Assembly (NCBI RefSeq): GCF_009914755.1
Contig: NC_060940.1
Source: the human T2T-CHM13v2.0 reference genome, Homo sapiens
Length of the DNA: 64,000 nt
Strand: one strand, 5' to 3'
The notes beneath the pieces are model-generated. The model searched no databases. It was given only the letters and a program-made list of their open reading frames with translations, and was not told the origin of the DNA. Below, one piece after another: positions 1 to 14,779 of the stretch. Position numbers and translations under genes: made by a program. Each line of letters starts with the position of its first letter. Within the stretch, counting starts at the first letter, position 1.

Positions 1-421
1 GCTAACTTTTTATTTTTTGTAAAGAGATGTGGTCTCTTGGGAGGCCGGAGCGGGTGGATCACCTGAGGTCAAGAGTTCAAGACCAGCCTGAGCAACATGG
101 TGAAATCTCATCTCTAGCAAAAATACAAAAAATTAGCCGGCATGGTGGCGAGCGCCTGTAATCCCAGCTACTTGGGAGGCTGAGGCAGGAGAATCACTTG
201 AACCCAGGAGGCAGAGGTTGTAGTGAGCCGAGATCTCGCACCATTGGACTCCAGCCTGGGAGACAAGAGCAAAACTCTGTCTCAAAAAAAAAAAAAAAAA
301 AAAAGGTCTGGGGTGTCATTATATTGCCCAGGCTGGTCTCAAACTCTTGGGCTCAAGTGATCCTCCCACCTTGGCCTCATAAGAGTGTTGGGATTACAGG
401 CGTGAGCCACTGTGCCCGCCC
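1..421. mobile_element. Plus-strand Alu (~38-304) inserted within an older minus-strand Alu (1-37 and 305-421)
   Basis: Alu consensus GGGAGGCCG..GGATCACCTGAGGTCAAGAGTTCAAGACC..CTGTCTCAAAAA, flanked by reverse-strand Alu left-arm sequence. Confidence 0.8.
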
Positions 422-486
422 TGTCTCTATTTATACAAATAAAAATAAAAGTAAAAAAATAAAATGTCTGGTAGAGAAAAAGAACT

Positions 487-1295
<809 letters not shown>

Positions 1296-1601
1296 TGAGG
1301 GGGCGCTCTGCGGGCCTCGGCCTCGGCCCTTCCGGACGCCCGCACAGGTCGCCGGACCCAGAGAGTCGGCCCTTAATAGCCCCCTCCTGGAAGCGCTAGG
1401 TCCCGAAACTGGCCTTCCCCCGGGGCCCATCTCCCGGCTAATGTTTAACCCGGCCACACTCCACATTATCCACACTCAGGAGACCGGGGTGAGGTGAGGG
1501 TGGAGGCTGGGGGAGGTCACCTCCAAATCGCCAACTTCCGAGCCTTTGCTCCAGGCAAACGGCCTTCCTACATCCCTTCCAGGTATCAACCTACAGCTCC
1601 T

Positions 1602-1957
1602 GCGCACCTACTATGTGCCCATTTCCACAACAGGTCATGAGCACCTAATATGTGTTCATTAGACCAAAACATGAGCATCCATTACGAGTCCACACCTACT
1701 ATGTGTGCATTCACCCACAACGTCCTGAGCACCTACTATGTGTGCATTCTCTTAAAATGCAATGAGCATCGATTGTGTGTCCACATAACCCATGAGCACC
1801 TGCTATGTGTCCATCTGGGCACCAGCCCATGAGCACCTACTATGTGTGCATTCTCTTAAAATGCAATGAGCATCGATTGTGTGTCCACATAACCCATGAG
1901 CACCTGCTATGTGTCCATCTGGGCACCAGCCCAGGAGCACCTACTATGTGCCAAGCC
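1602..1957. repeat. Minisatellite built from the L2 3'-end motif GAGCACCTACTATGTG, containing an exact 104-bp tandem duplication (1726-1829 / 1830-1933)
   Basis: About 11 motif copies at 20-37 bp spacing; the two 104-bp blocks read identically. Confidence 0.85.
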
Positions 1958-2249
1958 TTGTGCCTGCCATGGATGCCTTGTGATCAAGAGCCACGTGCTT
2001 CGGGCTCTGGCGGGGACCGCAGCATCAAATGCACGAATGAAGACGGACTTAAAACCAGCGTCAGATGCCTCACCTCTAGGGGATGCTGATTCTGGGATGC
2101 CTTTTTCGTCTCCTAGGCTCCTCAAGGCCAACTGCGCTGGGAAGAGGGGGTGTCCAACAGCAGGAGGGCTGTTTTTTTGAACTACAATTTGCCAGCATAC
2201 AGCAGAGCAGCAAGAAGATAACAGGGCGGGGGGCACGGGATTAGCCCAA

Positions 2250-3990
2250 ACAAAACACACTCAAGAACGCGAGTCTGTGGTTCAACACGAGGCAGAAAAC
2301 AGCTGGGCCGGGTGCGGGGCTTCTCCCTCGCGTGTATCCGCTCACTGCACTCGCTGCCCTGGCCGCGGGCGCCGCGCAGGGTGCTGATGTCCAGGAGGGA
2401 TCTAGACCTCCCGCGGCGCTCGGGCTAGTGGACGCAGGTGGTCCCAAATGCTGGGACCAAGCTAGGAACCAAGCGGAAGCTCGGATTGCTCGGCATCGGG
2501 CCTCGTCGTTATTCTACCGTGAGGGAAACTGAGACCGAGGGCACGGCAGGGAGTCGCCCGCCGTCTCACCAGCGTGAGGGGTTGCGCCGGGCCCCGAAAA
2601 CTGGTTTGCGCCGCCCGGCATCGGGATCCGGGACCTCTGCCCGCCGGGCGCTGCCTGCGCGTTCCTGGAACTGGGCTGGGCGGAGAAATCAGGGCCCGCA
2701 GAGAGGCATTCCTGCCGCCTTCCCCGCCGCCCGGGGCCGCAGGGGGGCCTGGCCAAGGTGACCCCGCGGGAGGAGGCGAGGGGTCCCCGCCCGCTCCGCC
2801 GCCGCGACCTCCTCCATCTTCCCGGTCTGCGGGGCTTTTCCTCTGGGCCCGCGCGCCCGGCCCCCTCCTCGGGCTTCCCCGAGGGCGGGACGTCTCGGGC
2901 TCCCCCGCCCCCCCAGGCCACCTCCCGGCCGTGTCCTAGCGCTGCCCTCGGGCCGGGGGCGGGGCCGCGGGGGGGGGGGTGGCGTGAGGATGGGGCCGAG
3001 GAGGACGCGCGCGGCTCGGCGCCCCACTTCCCTCCCTCACCCCTCCCTCCCGGTGCCCGCTCCCCGCGGCCGCGCCGCCCTCCCTTCCCCCTCCCTCGGC
3101 CCAGCGCCGGCTCCCGCCGCCCCCTCCCCCGACGCGCACGCCCCGCCTGGCAGCTGGCGCCCCGGGCCTGGGGCCGCAGCGGTGAGAGGGGTTTTGCTGG
3201 GAGGGAGGGAGCGAGCGAGCGAGGGGAGGGGTGGAGGCCGCCCCCCGCGCCCCTCCTCCTCGCCCTCCTCCGCGGCCGGCGGGCCCTCCTCCCGCCGCCT
3301 CCCTCCTCCCTCCTCCCGCCCGCCCGCCCTCCCTCTAAGACATCCCCGCACGGCCCGGCCGCCGCGGCCACCTTCCCTGCCCGAGCTGCAGATGTGGCGG
3401 AGCGGCCGGGCGCCGGGCGGCCGTGCCAGGGGAGCCCGCGCCCCGTGAGCCTCGCGCCCCGGCCCCCGCCCGTCCCGGCCCCTCCCCCGCTCGGCTCCCC
3501 GCGCCCCCCGACCGCCGGAGCCCGCAGCCCGGATCCCGACCGCCCCCGCCGCTGAGGTAGGAAGCCCCCCGGGCGTCGCGCCGTGGGGACCGGGCCGGGG
3601 CGGGGGGGGGGGGCCCGCCTGTCGCGCCGGGGCTGCGGGGCCCGAGGGTCTCCTCCCCCGCTCGCGTCCGCGCCCCGGGCCATTGTGAGCCCTCGCCGAG
3701 GCCCCCGCGTTCGCTCGCTCGCTGGCTCGCGCGCTCCCTCCCTCGCCGGCTCCCCGGCCGGGTCCCTCGAGCTCTCGGTCTTTCTTCTCCCTCCTTCCTT
3801 CCCTCCGTCTGGAGGCCGGGCCGAGCAGCGCCCGGGCCCGGGGCGGGCGCAAACTTCAGCTGGGAAGTTGGGCGGCCGCGGTGGGGGGCGTGCGGCGAGG
3901 TGAGAGGGGGGTACCCGGAGCCTGGGCATGAAGTTGTCCGGGGCAGCCGCCCCTCCTCTCGGCCGCGCCGGGGCTGCTGCTAGGAAGGGC
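2250..3990. promoter_or_regulatory. GLIS2: CpG island / GLIS2 promoter region
   Basis: Very high GC and CpG density with many GC boxes; upstream of the GLIS2 coding exons on the same strand. Confidence 0.85.
3360..3556 (+). other. GLIS2: Probable GLIS2 non-coding exon 1 (5' UTR); 5' end approximate
   Basis: Donor GAG|GTAGGA at 3556/3557 inside the CpG island; the next exon starts at the 19507 acceptor, 66 nt before the ATG. Confidence 0.55.
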
Positions 3991-6900
3991 TTTGGAAGGT
4001 GCCTCCTCCCTTGGCCGGGAAAGTCTCCCTCCTGCTGCCCCTCGCAAGCCCGGGTCCTTCCTTGGACCTCGGGAAGGGGCGTCCCTGGGGGGTCAGGACT
4101 GGGAGTTTGGGACAAGTCAGGCACTTGTTACTCCCCTGCGGTCCGGGTGGACGCAGGCGACCGGCCTGGCAGGGAGGAGATGGCAAGGGGTCCATACTCG
4201 CCGGAGGGCGGGTCTGGAGCGGGTGGAGGAGGGGGCGAGGCAGGTGCATCCCGAGGGAGGAGAAGCACGCACAGCTTCCCCGCTGGCCCCCTGGGATGGG
4301 GCTGGAATCCAGGCTGGCACCTGGAGGCCTTGGCATGCTGCCCTGCCCAGCAGGGTACTCGGGCCACAGCAGGGCAGCGTGCAGCCTGTCTGCCTGTCCA
4401 GGAGGGCCCGCCCAGCCTGGCCAGAGGGTGGCCGGGAAGCAATGGTTTCAAGGAGTTGCCCAGCCCTGCCCTGGGGCCTGGGAAGCTGGAAGGGATGCTG
4501 GGAGGGGCCCTGGGCCCCCAGCCATCACAGCCCAGGATCTTGGCTCTGGAGGGAACGCTTGACACTGAAGGGGCAGCCAGGCCGGCTGGGGACCTGGCCA
4601 AGGCCTGGGCTTGGTCTGGGCCATGGAAAGGGCCTGGGCCATGGTTCTTGGAGGCTGGCACCCTGGGTAGTAGGCCGCCATCCTGCGTGTCCTGGCATCC
4701 TGGAGGGAAGGTGGGGCCAGCCTGCGGCTGGGGAGGAAGCCCAGAGACACTGCGCTTCGGAGGGCCTTCCAGCCCCCGGGCTCAGGGGAGGGGAAACTGG
4801 CCCCTTGGGTCACCCCTCCCCAAGCCCCATTCTGGTGCCACAGTGCCACAGCTGTCCAGGCCCAGCCCACACACCCATCCCGGGTGACCTCGGACCTCCC
4901 CCTCTGCTTCTCCTTCTCCCCAGAGCCCAGGCTGGGCCTCCTAGCTGGCCTGGCCTGCACAGGGGGAGGGGCTGCACCTGGGAGGCCCCTCCCAGGACAC
5001 CCTTTGCCAAGCTCCAGCCTGGCCCATTTTACTGCCCACCTCCAGCTCAACTTGGCCCTGTCTGCAGCCAGCCAAGCAGGAGACAGTGCCAGGGACTTGG
5101 GATGGTGTTTTGGGGGGTGTGCGGACCCCTTGGAAGCAACCCTGTTTTTCTTAGCCTTTCCTCCTCCCCCTCCTTTCCGGAGCTGCCATTAGCGCTGACC
5201 CCCTGTGCCTGCCCGCCCTTCCCTGTCTGTGACCTTTGACCTTTGGTGTTAAATCCCTCCAGCTGGGGCTCTTCGGCCCCTGAGTGACCCTGGCCCAGGC
5301 CCCCTGGGGAGTTCTCTCCTTGCTCCTGGCTCTCTACACAGGGACACCTGCCAGTCCCTCCCTCACCAATGGGGAGGGGGTGCCCTGGGAAGCCAGACAG
5401 TGAGTCACCCCACTTCCAGGCACCGCTGCTTTTGGGGTCAGTGGCTTCTGGGGATTGGCTGGAGCCCAGTCACAGCTTGGAGGGTGACCGGGGAAAGCCC
5501 CTGGCCTGGGAGTCTCCTGCCCTGGGTTCAAGTCTTGGCTCCACCACCAACTTCCAGTGGTCCTTGGGTCAGACTCCTCCCCTCTCCCGGCCTTGTCTAT
5601 GAAACCAAGGGGTCAGACCAGGTGAGCTCCCAGAGTCCATGAGAAGCCTGGGTGGAGGGGGGTCAGGGGGAGGAAAGAGGGTGTAAATCCAGCAAAAGCC
5701 AACTCTCAATTATCCGAGGGTGGAGCCCGGATGAATAACTGGATGCCACAGACATCCCAAAACCTCATTGCAAACAATCGTGTGAACCGCGTCCCCCCAA
5801 AGCTTTTGTTTCTGAGAAACCCAGCTGCAACTGGGTAGCCACAGCGATTTCTTCCCCCGCCTGAACTCCCCTTGCAGGGAGGACAAGTAGAGGGCTGAGA
5901 GTGAACAGGCCGGAGGGAAAACAAAGGTCTCCCAGGGCCCCTTCTTGGGGCCTGGAGGGAGGCCTGGACCCCATTTCCAAGGCCCCCACTCTCCCCTCCA
6001 CCCTCCTTCCCGGCCTGGCCTTGGCCCCGGGCGGTGGGAGTGTCCTCTCACCACCTAATCCTCTCAGGGTCTGGGCAGCCATATAGGAGGAAGAATGTGT
6101 TTTCCCGGCAACAATTTCCCATGTGTATTTCTAGCCACCCGCTCCACTCGCCTGGAATCTGAATTCCCCACTTGGACCAGGGGGTGAGGGCCAGTGCCGG
6201 CCAGGGTTTGGGGCAATCTCTGGATGAGGGAGGGTGGCGACAGCTGTGACTGGGGGACCAGATGTGGAGCTCTTGTGGGGCATCTTGGGGGGGCTCCTGG
6301 GGAGGCACTTTTGTGGGTCGCCTGGCCTGACCCCCAGCCCCAGAGGCTGCCTCCGAAGGTTCCTGCCTCTAAGGGGAGGCCCAGGGGTCTCTGGCACCTA
6401 AGGAGGAAATTGATTCCATGGGAGAGGCCCTGTGCTGGGTGGAATTGGGGCGGGGGTGGCTGCAGAGAAAAGTGTCCCCTGAATCCCTTCCTCTCCTCAT
6501 GGCTATAATTGTTACTTTATTTCACAGCAGGTGACTGAGACCACAGGGGAACCCCGGAAGGTCCTGGGTGGTCTTCCCCTCACCCAGATAAATGCCCTTC
6601 TCAGGGGTAGGGGGCATCCCCAGCTTGGCGGGGCTGTGTATTGAGCAGTAAGAGACCCTCTCCCTGCTGGCTAGGGGATCTGTGGGACCAGCTGAAAGAT
6701 GCTCTCCACCCTCTGCCTAAGTTGCCTCCCTTCCCAGGGGCTATGAAAGGGTCCACAGAGATGGGTTGAGGCCCTGATGTGTATCTGGGGGTTCATGTCT
6801 CTGGGAACTTGCGCCCTGCCCCAGCCTGCTGCCAGCCCTGGGTGTGGGGACCACAGCCCTAGCGAATCTCCCGGGCCACATCTGCCTCTCAGTGGTTTCT

Positions 6901-9900
6901 GAGGTGGCCGCCTCCGCCCCACCCTGGTGAATTCTAAGTCAGGCGTGGCTGGGGGCGGGGACTCCGCGCTTCCAACAAGCACCTCTAGTACTCTGCTGGG
7001 GGGCCAGCGTGGGGGCACTGCTTTGATCCCAGGGACTGGAGAGGGATCATGGTGATGATGGTGGCAGGGTCTGCAGGGCACAGCCTGGAGGAGACCCAGG
7101 TTTCTCTCCTGGCTCCGGCTTAGCCCCTGGGTGAGGCTGGGCAGGCACGGAGGCCGGGTACTCGCCTTCCACTCCCCCACTCCCCCAGATGGGCTGGAGG
7201 ATTCTGGTTAGCTGGTGGCCAGGCTAAGTGGGCCTGGGGGGCATGGAGATGGGAAGTGATTCCAGCTGAGGGGTGGGGGCTTCCCATCTGCCCCAGCAGC
7301 CCCTGCTGGGGGATGGGTGGGGGCTGAGACTCTTCCAGTTCGATGGCTGGGGGGCGGGTGACTTGGGCTCCTCGTGCCCTTTGTCTTCGGTGCTTGAGAG
7401 GCCAGGTAGTGCCCACCGCAGGGAGGGGCCGGCCTGTGAGTGTCACATGTGCGTGCACACGGACTCCAGCCTTGGCAGATGGCTGCCGGGGAAGGGACGG
7501 AGACCCAGCCCTGGCCCCTTCCTCCAGTCATGGCCAAGGGCGGGTGGGAAGCCAGCAGAGGCCCCAGGAGACCGCTGAGTGGACTGAGTCAGCCCCCGGC
7601 CGGGAGCCTCCGGAAAACAGTCCTGCCCGTCACATGGAGGGTCCCCACCGCTGGCACAGCACGCTCCCAGGGCAGCCTCGCTTGGACCCTGGTAGTCAAG
7701 AGGTCGTCGGAGGCCGGTGGGGGGAAACTGAGGCTCTGAGACATTTGAGGGTTTGGCCCGAGGTCACTCCCAATCGGGGAAGAACAGAGGGGAACTGGAG
7801 TCTGGGGCTGTCTGGCCCTGACCCCTGAAATGTCGGTTTAGCCTGGGAATCCCCCCAGCTCCACTCCTGCCCCCACGTCCACTGCAAGGGCATGACGGGG
7901 GCCAACGTGTCTGGAAGAAGCCTCTCCCCTTCCCTGCATCGTCTGCCTGGGGCTGTCTAGCAAGTCCCGGCCTGCCTGGGCCAGTTCTCCCCTGGGCCAC
8001 TCCCGCCTTCATCCAGAGCCCCCATTCCCCACCCCAACTTCCAGGCAGACCGACTCTGAGCTGGGATGTCCCCTCCCCGCAAGGCTGTAGGGGCCTCCAT
8101 TGTCCTCCCTATTCTGAAGTCCCCCCAACCCTGTGCTGGTGCTCGTCTCCCTGCCAGCCCCGGCCTCCCCCAGCACCCCCCGGAGCACCTAGTGGTCACC
8201 CTGCTTGGTTCTAGGGCCACTGGGCCCCGAGGGCCTGGAGCCACCAGGCCTGGCAGATCCTGCCAGTGGGTGTTCCCCTTTGGAAGGAAAAGGACCTCGA
8301 TGGCTTTGGAGGCTGTCCCCGGCTTCTGGACTTGCTTTCTTCCAGAGTAGGCGAGCAGAGAGGGGCGGGTGGCTGAGGAGGAGGGCATGGGCTGGAGTCC
8401 TGTGTGTGCGGTGCCCTGCTGGGCCTGCTCTTGCCCAGCTATCTGGGGCTGGGGGCCAGGGCTGGGAGGGCGTGGCAGGAGATGGAGCTGGGGGGGATCT
8501 GGGCCCTTCCCACCATCCCAGCTGGCCAGGGTGGTTCCTAGGGGCCACCACACCCTTGTCCAGCTCTGTTCCTGGGTCCCTTGCCTGGGACAGGGAGAAA
8601 GAGGCATCTATGTCAGGAGACCAGCCCCTGCTTCTAGCCTTGACCTTGGGCAAGTCACATTCCTCTTTGGGCACGAACCCCTCCATACCTACCCCTCCCC
8701 TCCTCACTTGGGGGTAAAGGCGGGAATGTCTGTCGAGTGAATGAATACATGAATGAGACGGACTCATTCGCGGAGTGCCAGGTGTTGGGATATGTGAAGG
8801 GCAGGTACCACTGTGCCACCTAAGGTGAGTGGTTGGGGTTGTTGGAGCTTCGGCTGTCCTCTCAGCAGGCCCCCTCCTGTGGATGGGGAAACCCAGGCCT
8901 AGTTTTCTCATTCTGGGTTCCCTGCCTCACTGCCCAGTTCACTCTGGTGGATGGGGTGGGCTCCGTGCCAGGGGCCGTGGGAACTGGGGCAGGGGTCTGC
9001 TGGTGAGGCCTTCTCTTCAGTAGCCACAGCGGGTTTGGAGCTGCCCGGCGTCCCAGACATGTCCCGGCCCACTCCCAGGCTCCCTTCTTGGAAGGAGGCT
9101 CTGGATACCAGGGCCAGTGGGAGGCCTGGGGCTGAAGGTCGGCGCTGTGTACACCACGCTGTGCACAGGTGACACTGGCTTCAGTGATGCATTGGCAAGG
9201 ACTTGGACCCGGGACAGCCTGCCTCCAGCGGGGGTGGACAGAGGCAAGTCTTTGCCCAGCAGGCCCTCAGGTACCTGGACCCACAGCCTGTGTGCAGCTC
9301 CAGAAACCGAGGCTGGGGAGGGTGAACCAGGGAGCACTTGGTGGAGGAGGGGGCAGAAGGGGATGGTGGCTGGAGGAAAGAGAACAGGGGGGCATGGATG
9401 GTGGTGAGGGAGGAGCTGGCACCTGGGAGCATCAGGTTCCCAGGGGGCAGGGGATCCTGAGGAAGGGGGGTGCCAAAGGAGAGGGCCTGGGGCAGGAGGC
9501 TCTGGGCTGAGAGAGCAGGTGGCACTCTTCTGTGTAGAGCCCTCTGTGGCTCCCCAGTGCCCTCTAGGTTCTGTCCCAGCCTCTCTGAGGGGCCTCTTTC
9601 TCTCCTGCCTCCTCGTCTACTCCATGACTGGTAGGGTCACTGCAGATCAGCCGGGCCATAGCCTCTGGTCCTCTGTGGCACTGGGCTTTGGGGTCTGCTG
9701 GCGAACCCAGCTGTGCCCCTTGCTGGCTGTGACAGTGGCAGGTTTCCCCACATGGAAAATGGGGAAAATGGCATCCATTCGCGGGGTCATCAGGGTGATG
9801 GACTGTGTGCAGCAGGCATGCTGACCGGGCGCCGACCCGCAGGGCTCCCACCTCCCCAAGGCTCTTCACCCCATATCCATTAGGCTGACCCGGATCTGTG

Positions 9901-11949
9901 CCCAACCCCCTGCAGGAGCAGCCCCCCCCCCTACACTGTTTCTCCCACCCCACCTTGGTCGGGGCACCCTCAAGGTCCGGTTCGATCTAGCAGGGCCTGG
10001 CGTTGGAATGCATGAATGCGTGGTTGGAGAACCGAGGCAGGAGGGCAGGCCAAGGTCCACCGCCCGCCTTACCCACTCCTGCTCTCGGAGTTGGCGGGTG
10101 CCGTTCCCAGTGGACCTGGTACCTGGCCCCAGGCAGGGGAGGCGTGGGCCACGGGCCTGCCCCGACCCCCCAGGACTTAGGAGCTCCTTGTGGGATCTGC
10201 CTGCAGCCAGGCGTGGCTTGGGAGGCGCGGTGTTTCCTTCGCTCTGGGGACCCGGCCTCATCCCTGCTCTCCCCCAGAAGCCAAGGCTCCTGAGTCCTGG
10301 CCCCGACACTGGGGCAAGGGGTTACTGTGATGTCCTGTGTGTGCCACATTTGTGCACAGGTGTCTGTACATCCGGGGGTGCTGTGGGTGCCTGCTCATGT
10401 CCTGTGCTACACTGGCCCATCCCTTTGCTGGCCTCAGATAGCTCTGGCTGGGTCTGCTGAGAATGGCAGTGCCGCCTGGCAGGGCCTGGGCTGTCTGTGC
10501 CCCAGCCTTGCTGGGCGTGCATCCCTGTCTCGCTCCCTGGTGCCAGCCCCTCCCAGGGATTTGGGTGGCAGGGCCCAGTGCTCTGGTCCCCTCCCCTCCC
10601 AGCCCGGGTGGGTGGGCAGGTGTGGGGGCTGCGGGGCGGGCTTTCCTCTGGCTGGGGCCCAGGTGCAGGCGGTGATCATAGCTCCAAGCACCCCCCCAAA
10701 GCTGGGCAGACAGGAAAATACCAGACATAGTTGTGCAAAGGTGCAGCAGCGGGCAGGCAGCGGGGGGGTGGAGGCCACTGCAGCAGGGGCCCGGAGCCAC
10801 CAGGATGGGGAGGCCTCTGTGCCAGGCCGGCCCTGCAGCTGGACTGCCATGGCCATCTGTGTGAGTGTGCGTGTGTGTGCCGGGGCTCCCGGAGCCCGGT
10901 GTCACCCTCCCTGCTGGCGTTGGAGAAGGAAGTGCCTCTGGTGGGGCATCTCCTAGGAAGCCCGGGCTGGTGCAGGCCAGGGAAGCCCTCCGGCCCGTCT
11001 TCCAGCTTCAGCTCTGCCTGAATTATCTGGGTGACCTTGGCAGGCCCAAGTTGCTGTGCAGGGAACCCCCAGCCTGGGGCCGGAAACAAGAATCCTTTAG
11101 GTTACCAGTAGCTGGCAGCTTCTTTATGGCAGGCATGAGGACAAGGCCCTCCCTTGCAAGATGCCCTGAGTCCCAGGGACCATTGCCGTGGTGTCTGTTA
11201 CCTACAAGGAAACCAAGGCTCAGAGACAGCAGGGCCTTTCTGAGTTCCCACAGCCAGGGGTGGCACAGGGGGCTGTAACCAGGCAGCCTGGCCCTGGGGC
11301 ACACTCTGTGAACACGCAGAAAAAAGATCCCTGGCACATCCCATCTTCAGGTGCTTTCCCGAGGACCCCACGGCAGAGGGCAGAGGTCAGCCCTGGCTGG
11401 GTCACCTCGGACCCCTTGTGTTCCCACCCCGGGAGGGGGTCTGCCCTCCCAAAAGGTCCGGGGGTGCTGGCTGAGTGCCCCGTCTTGGGAGGGGGAGGGG
11501 CTGCCTACTGAGCCAAAGGTTCCCAGGGACGGTGAATCCCCCACTCTTCCAGGAAGTGCCGCCTGCCCTGGCCCCTCTCCTGGGATCTGCTGGGCCAGGC
11601 CTCAGGATAAGCTCCTCCCCCTCCAGTCCTGGGAGGAGGCCTGTCTGCGGCCAGCTCCTTCCAGGGTTGATCAGGCCTTCCCGGGGCCTTGTAGTGCTCT
11701 TTCTTTGATGCAGTTGGGCTCTGGAAGGTGGTTAGGGCCAGCTGTGGTCACTCCCCAGGATTGAAGAGGCCTGAGGTTCTTTGAGGGGCATAGGCTTGTT
11801 TAGGGTGCACGCTGGCTGGCAGGTGGCAGAGCCCAGGTTCTCCTGGTTCAGGGTGAGACTGCAGTGGCATAGAGGGGATGGCCAGTCCCCACTCAGCTGC
11901 CCTCACAGCGGTAGATGGGCCAAAGGCTATGGACTCATGCACACTGGCG

Positions 11950-12030
11950 ACGATTCATTCAGCACGTTTTATTAAGCACCTACTATGTGCCAGGCACTGT
12001 TCTCCGTGCTGAACGTTACGGACGAAGGAG
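11950..12030 (-). mobile_element. L2 3'-end relic
   Basis: ATTCATTC..TTTATTAAGCACCTACTATGTGCCAGGCACTGT is the typical L2 terminus. Confidence 0.7.
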
Positions 12031-12559
12031 AAGCACTCAATAGTGATTGGATGTGCAGCACTGCATTGGTTTCTCCCTGAAACCCAACATGGGGGTCCTA
12101 TATAATCCCATTTGGGATGAGGGGGATGAGGCGCAGACTGAAGAGACACGCAAAGGGAGTAGCAGAGCCGGGTGGGGCCCCAGATTTCGAGTCCGGTTCT
12201 GTTGCCTGGTCAGGAAGGGGGGCCCTGAGAGGACGAGCCCTCCTGCCTGGGGCCCCCAGCAGGCCCTGCCCCTGCCCGCCAGCCCCTGCTGCTGGGCGGC
12301 CAAGGAGGGTGGAGCTCTTGGCCAGAGCAGGGAGCCGCAGCTGGTTCCCAGGAATTTGGGGCTGTGGGGCCGTTTGCTTTGGCAGCAGATCTGCCCTCGG
12401 CTCTCCAAGCCTCCTGGTGGGCCCCCCACCCCAGCCAGCCCCTCCAGCACCCACCCACTGCCTGCTCTGCTATCCCTCCTAGCCCCACAAGTCCCTGGGC
12501 GGGGAGGGGGTACCAAGCCTGAGCCCCTGACATAGGAAGGGCCAATAGTGAACATGGCT

Positions 12560-12700
12560 TCTGGACTTACCTGGGGTTGAAACCCAGCTCTGCCACGGAC
12601 AAGCTGTGGGACCTTGGATGGGTCACTTCACTCCCCTGAGCCTCAGTTTTTGCATCTGTAAAATGGGGATGAAACAGCACCTGCCTTCACAGTACCCGCA
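12560..12700 (+). mobile_element. MIR relic
   Basis: CTGAGCCTCAGTTTTTGCATCTGTAAAATGGGGATG MIR core. Confidence 0.7.
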
Positions 12701-12945
12701 CCTGGCTATGGGTACTGTCCTCATGCTGCTTGCCCGTGGCTTCTGGTTGTGGGTTTGCCACCTACTTGTGCAGCCTGGGCTGGATGCCTCCCCCTTCAGC
12801 CCTCAGTTTCCCCATCTGTAAGACCATAGTGCTGAAGTGATGGTTCCAGTAATAGACTCAGGGACACCCACAGACCAGGGTTTCTCTGACTGGTTCAGGA
12901 GTGACCAGGGACTCACTTCCTCTTTCTGTTAAATTAGAAGATGAC

Positions 12946-13629
<684 letters not shown>

Positions 13630-13910
13630 CTAAATGGCCACTGCTGACCAAAAGCGCACTCGCAGGACACTCCAAGGCAAGGGGTGTTCCTCACATTGCC
13701 CTTGACAACACTGCCACGCTGGTCACTCACCTGACCCCATGCTGCTGGGAGCGGGGCAGGGATGCAGCCCCATCTTACAGAGGACCCGCTTCCTTCTGCA
13801 AAGAGACCAAGTGGTTCTCAGGGTGGGTGCACACAGCCCCCCAGTGCACCCTGCACCTCCACAGGCTTAGGGCCTGCCAGCCACCCTCCCCCAAGCAGGA
13901 AAGGAGGAGC

Positions 13911-14491
<581 letters not shown>

Positions 14492-14779
14492 TAGAAGGAG
14501 CTTTATTCAGAGCAGGACTCCAACCAGCTCCCTATTAGCCTAGTGATCTCAAGCCTCAGTTTCCCCATCTGTGAGATCGGGAAAATGACAGCAGCTACTG
14601 CCAGGCAGGGTTGTAGAGGGGTCATTGAATCCATGGACAGATGGGCCTGACACGTGGTCAGTACCTAATGGTCCTTTACCCCCTCTGGTGTATGACCCAC
14701 CCCAGGCCAAGGGGCCCTGGAAGAGACTGTCTTTTCCGGGCCTTAGTTTCCCTGAGTGTGCTGGGTCGCCCCGTGCCTT

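Noticed and set aside
1602-1957. Repeat-spacer appearance reminiscent of a CRISPR array
   Set aside because: Human DNA; repeats are degenerate and match the L2 terminus, spacers are themselves duplicated, and no cas genes are present
2514-5239. Long ORFs over the GLIS2 CpG island (536, 415, 319, 271 and 265 aa)
   Set aside because: Overlapping in many frames, low-complexity G/P/R/A translations with no domain; expected from stop-codon scarcity at very high GC
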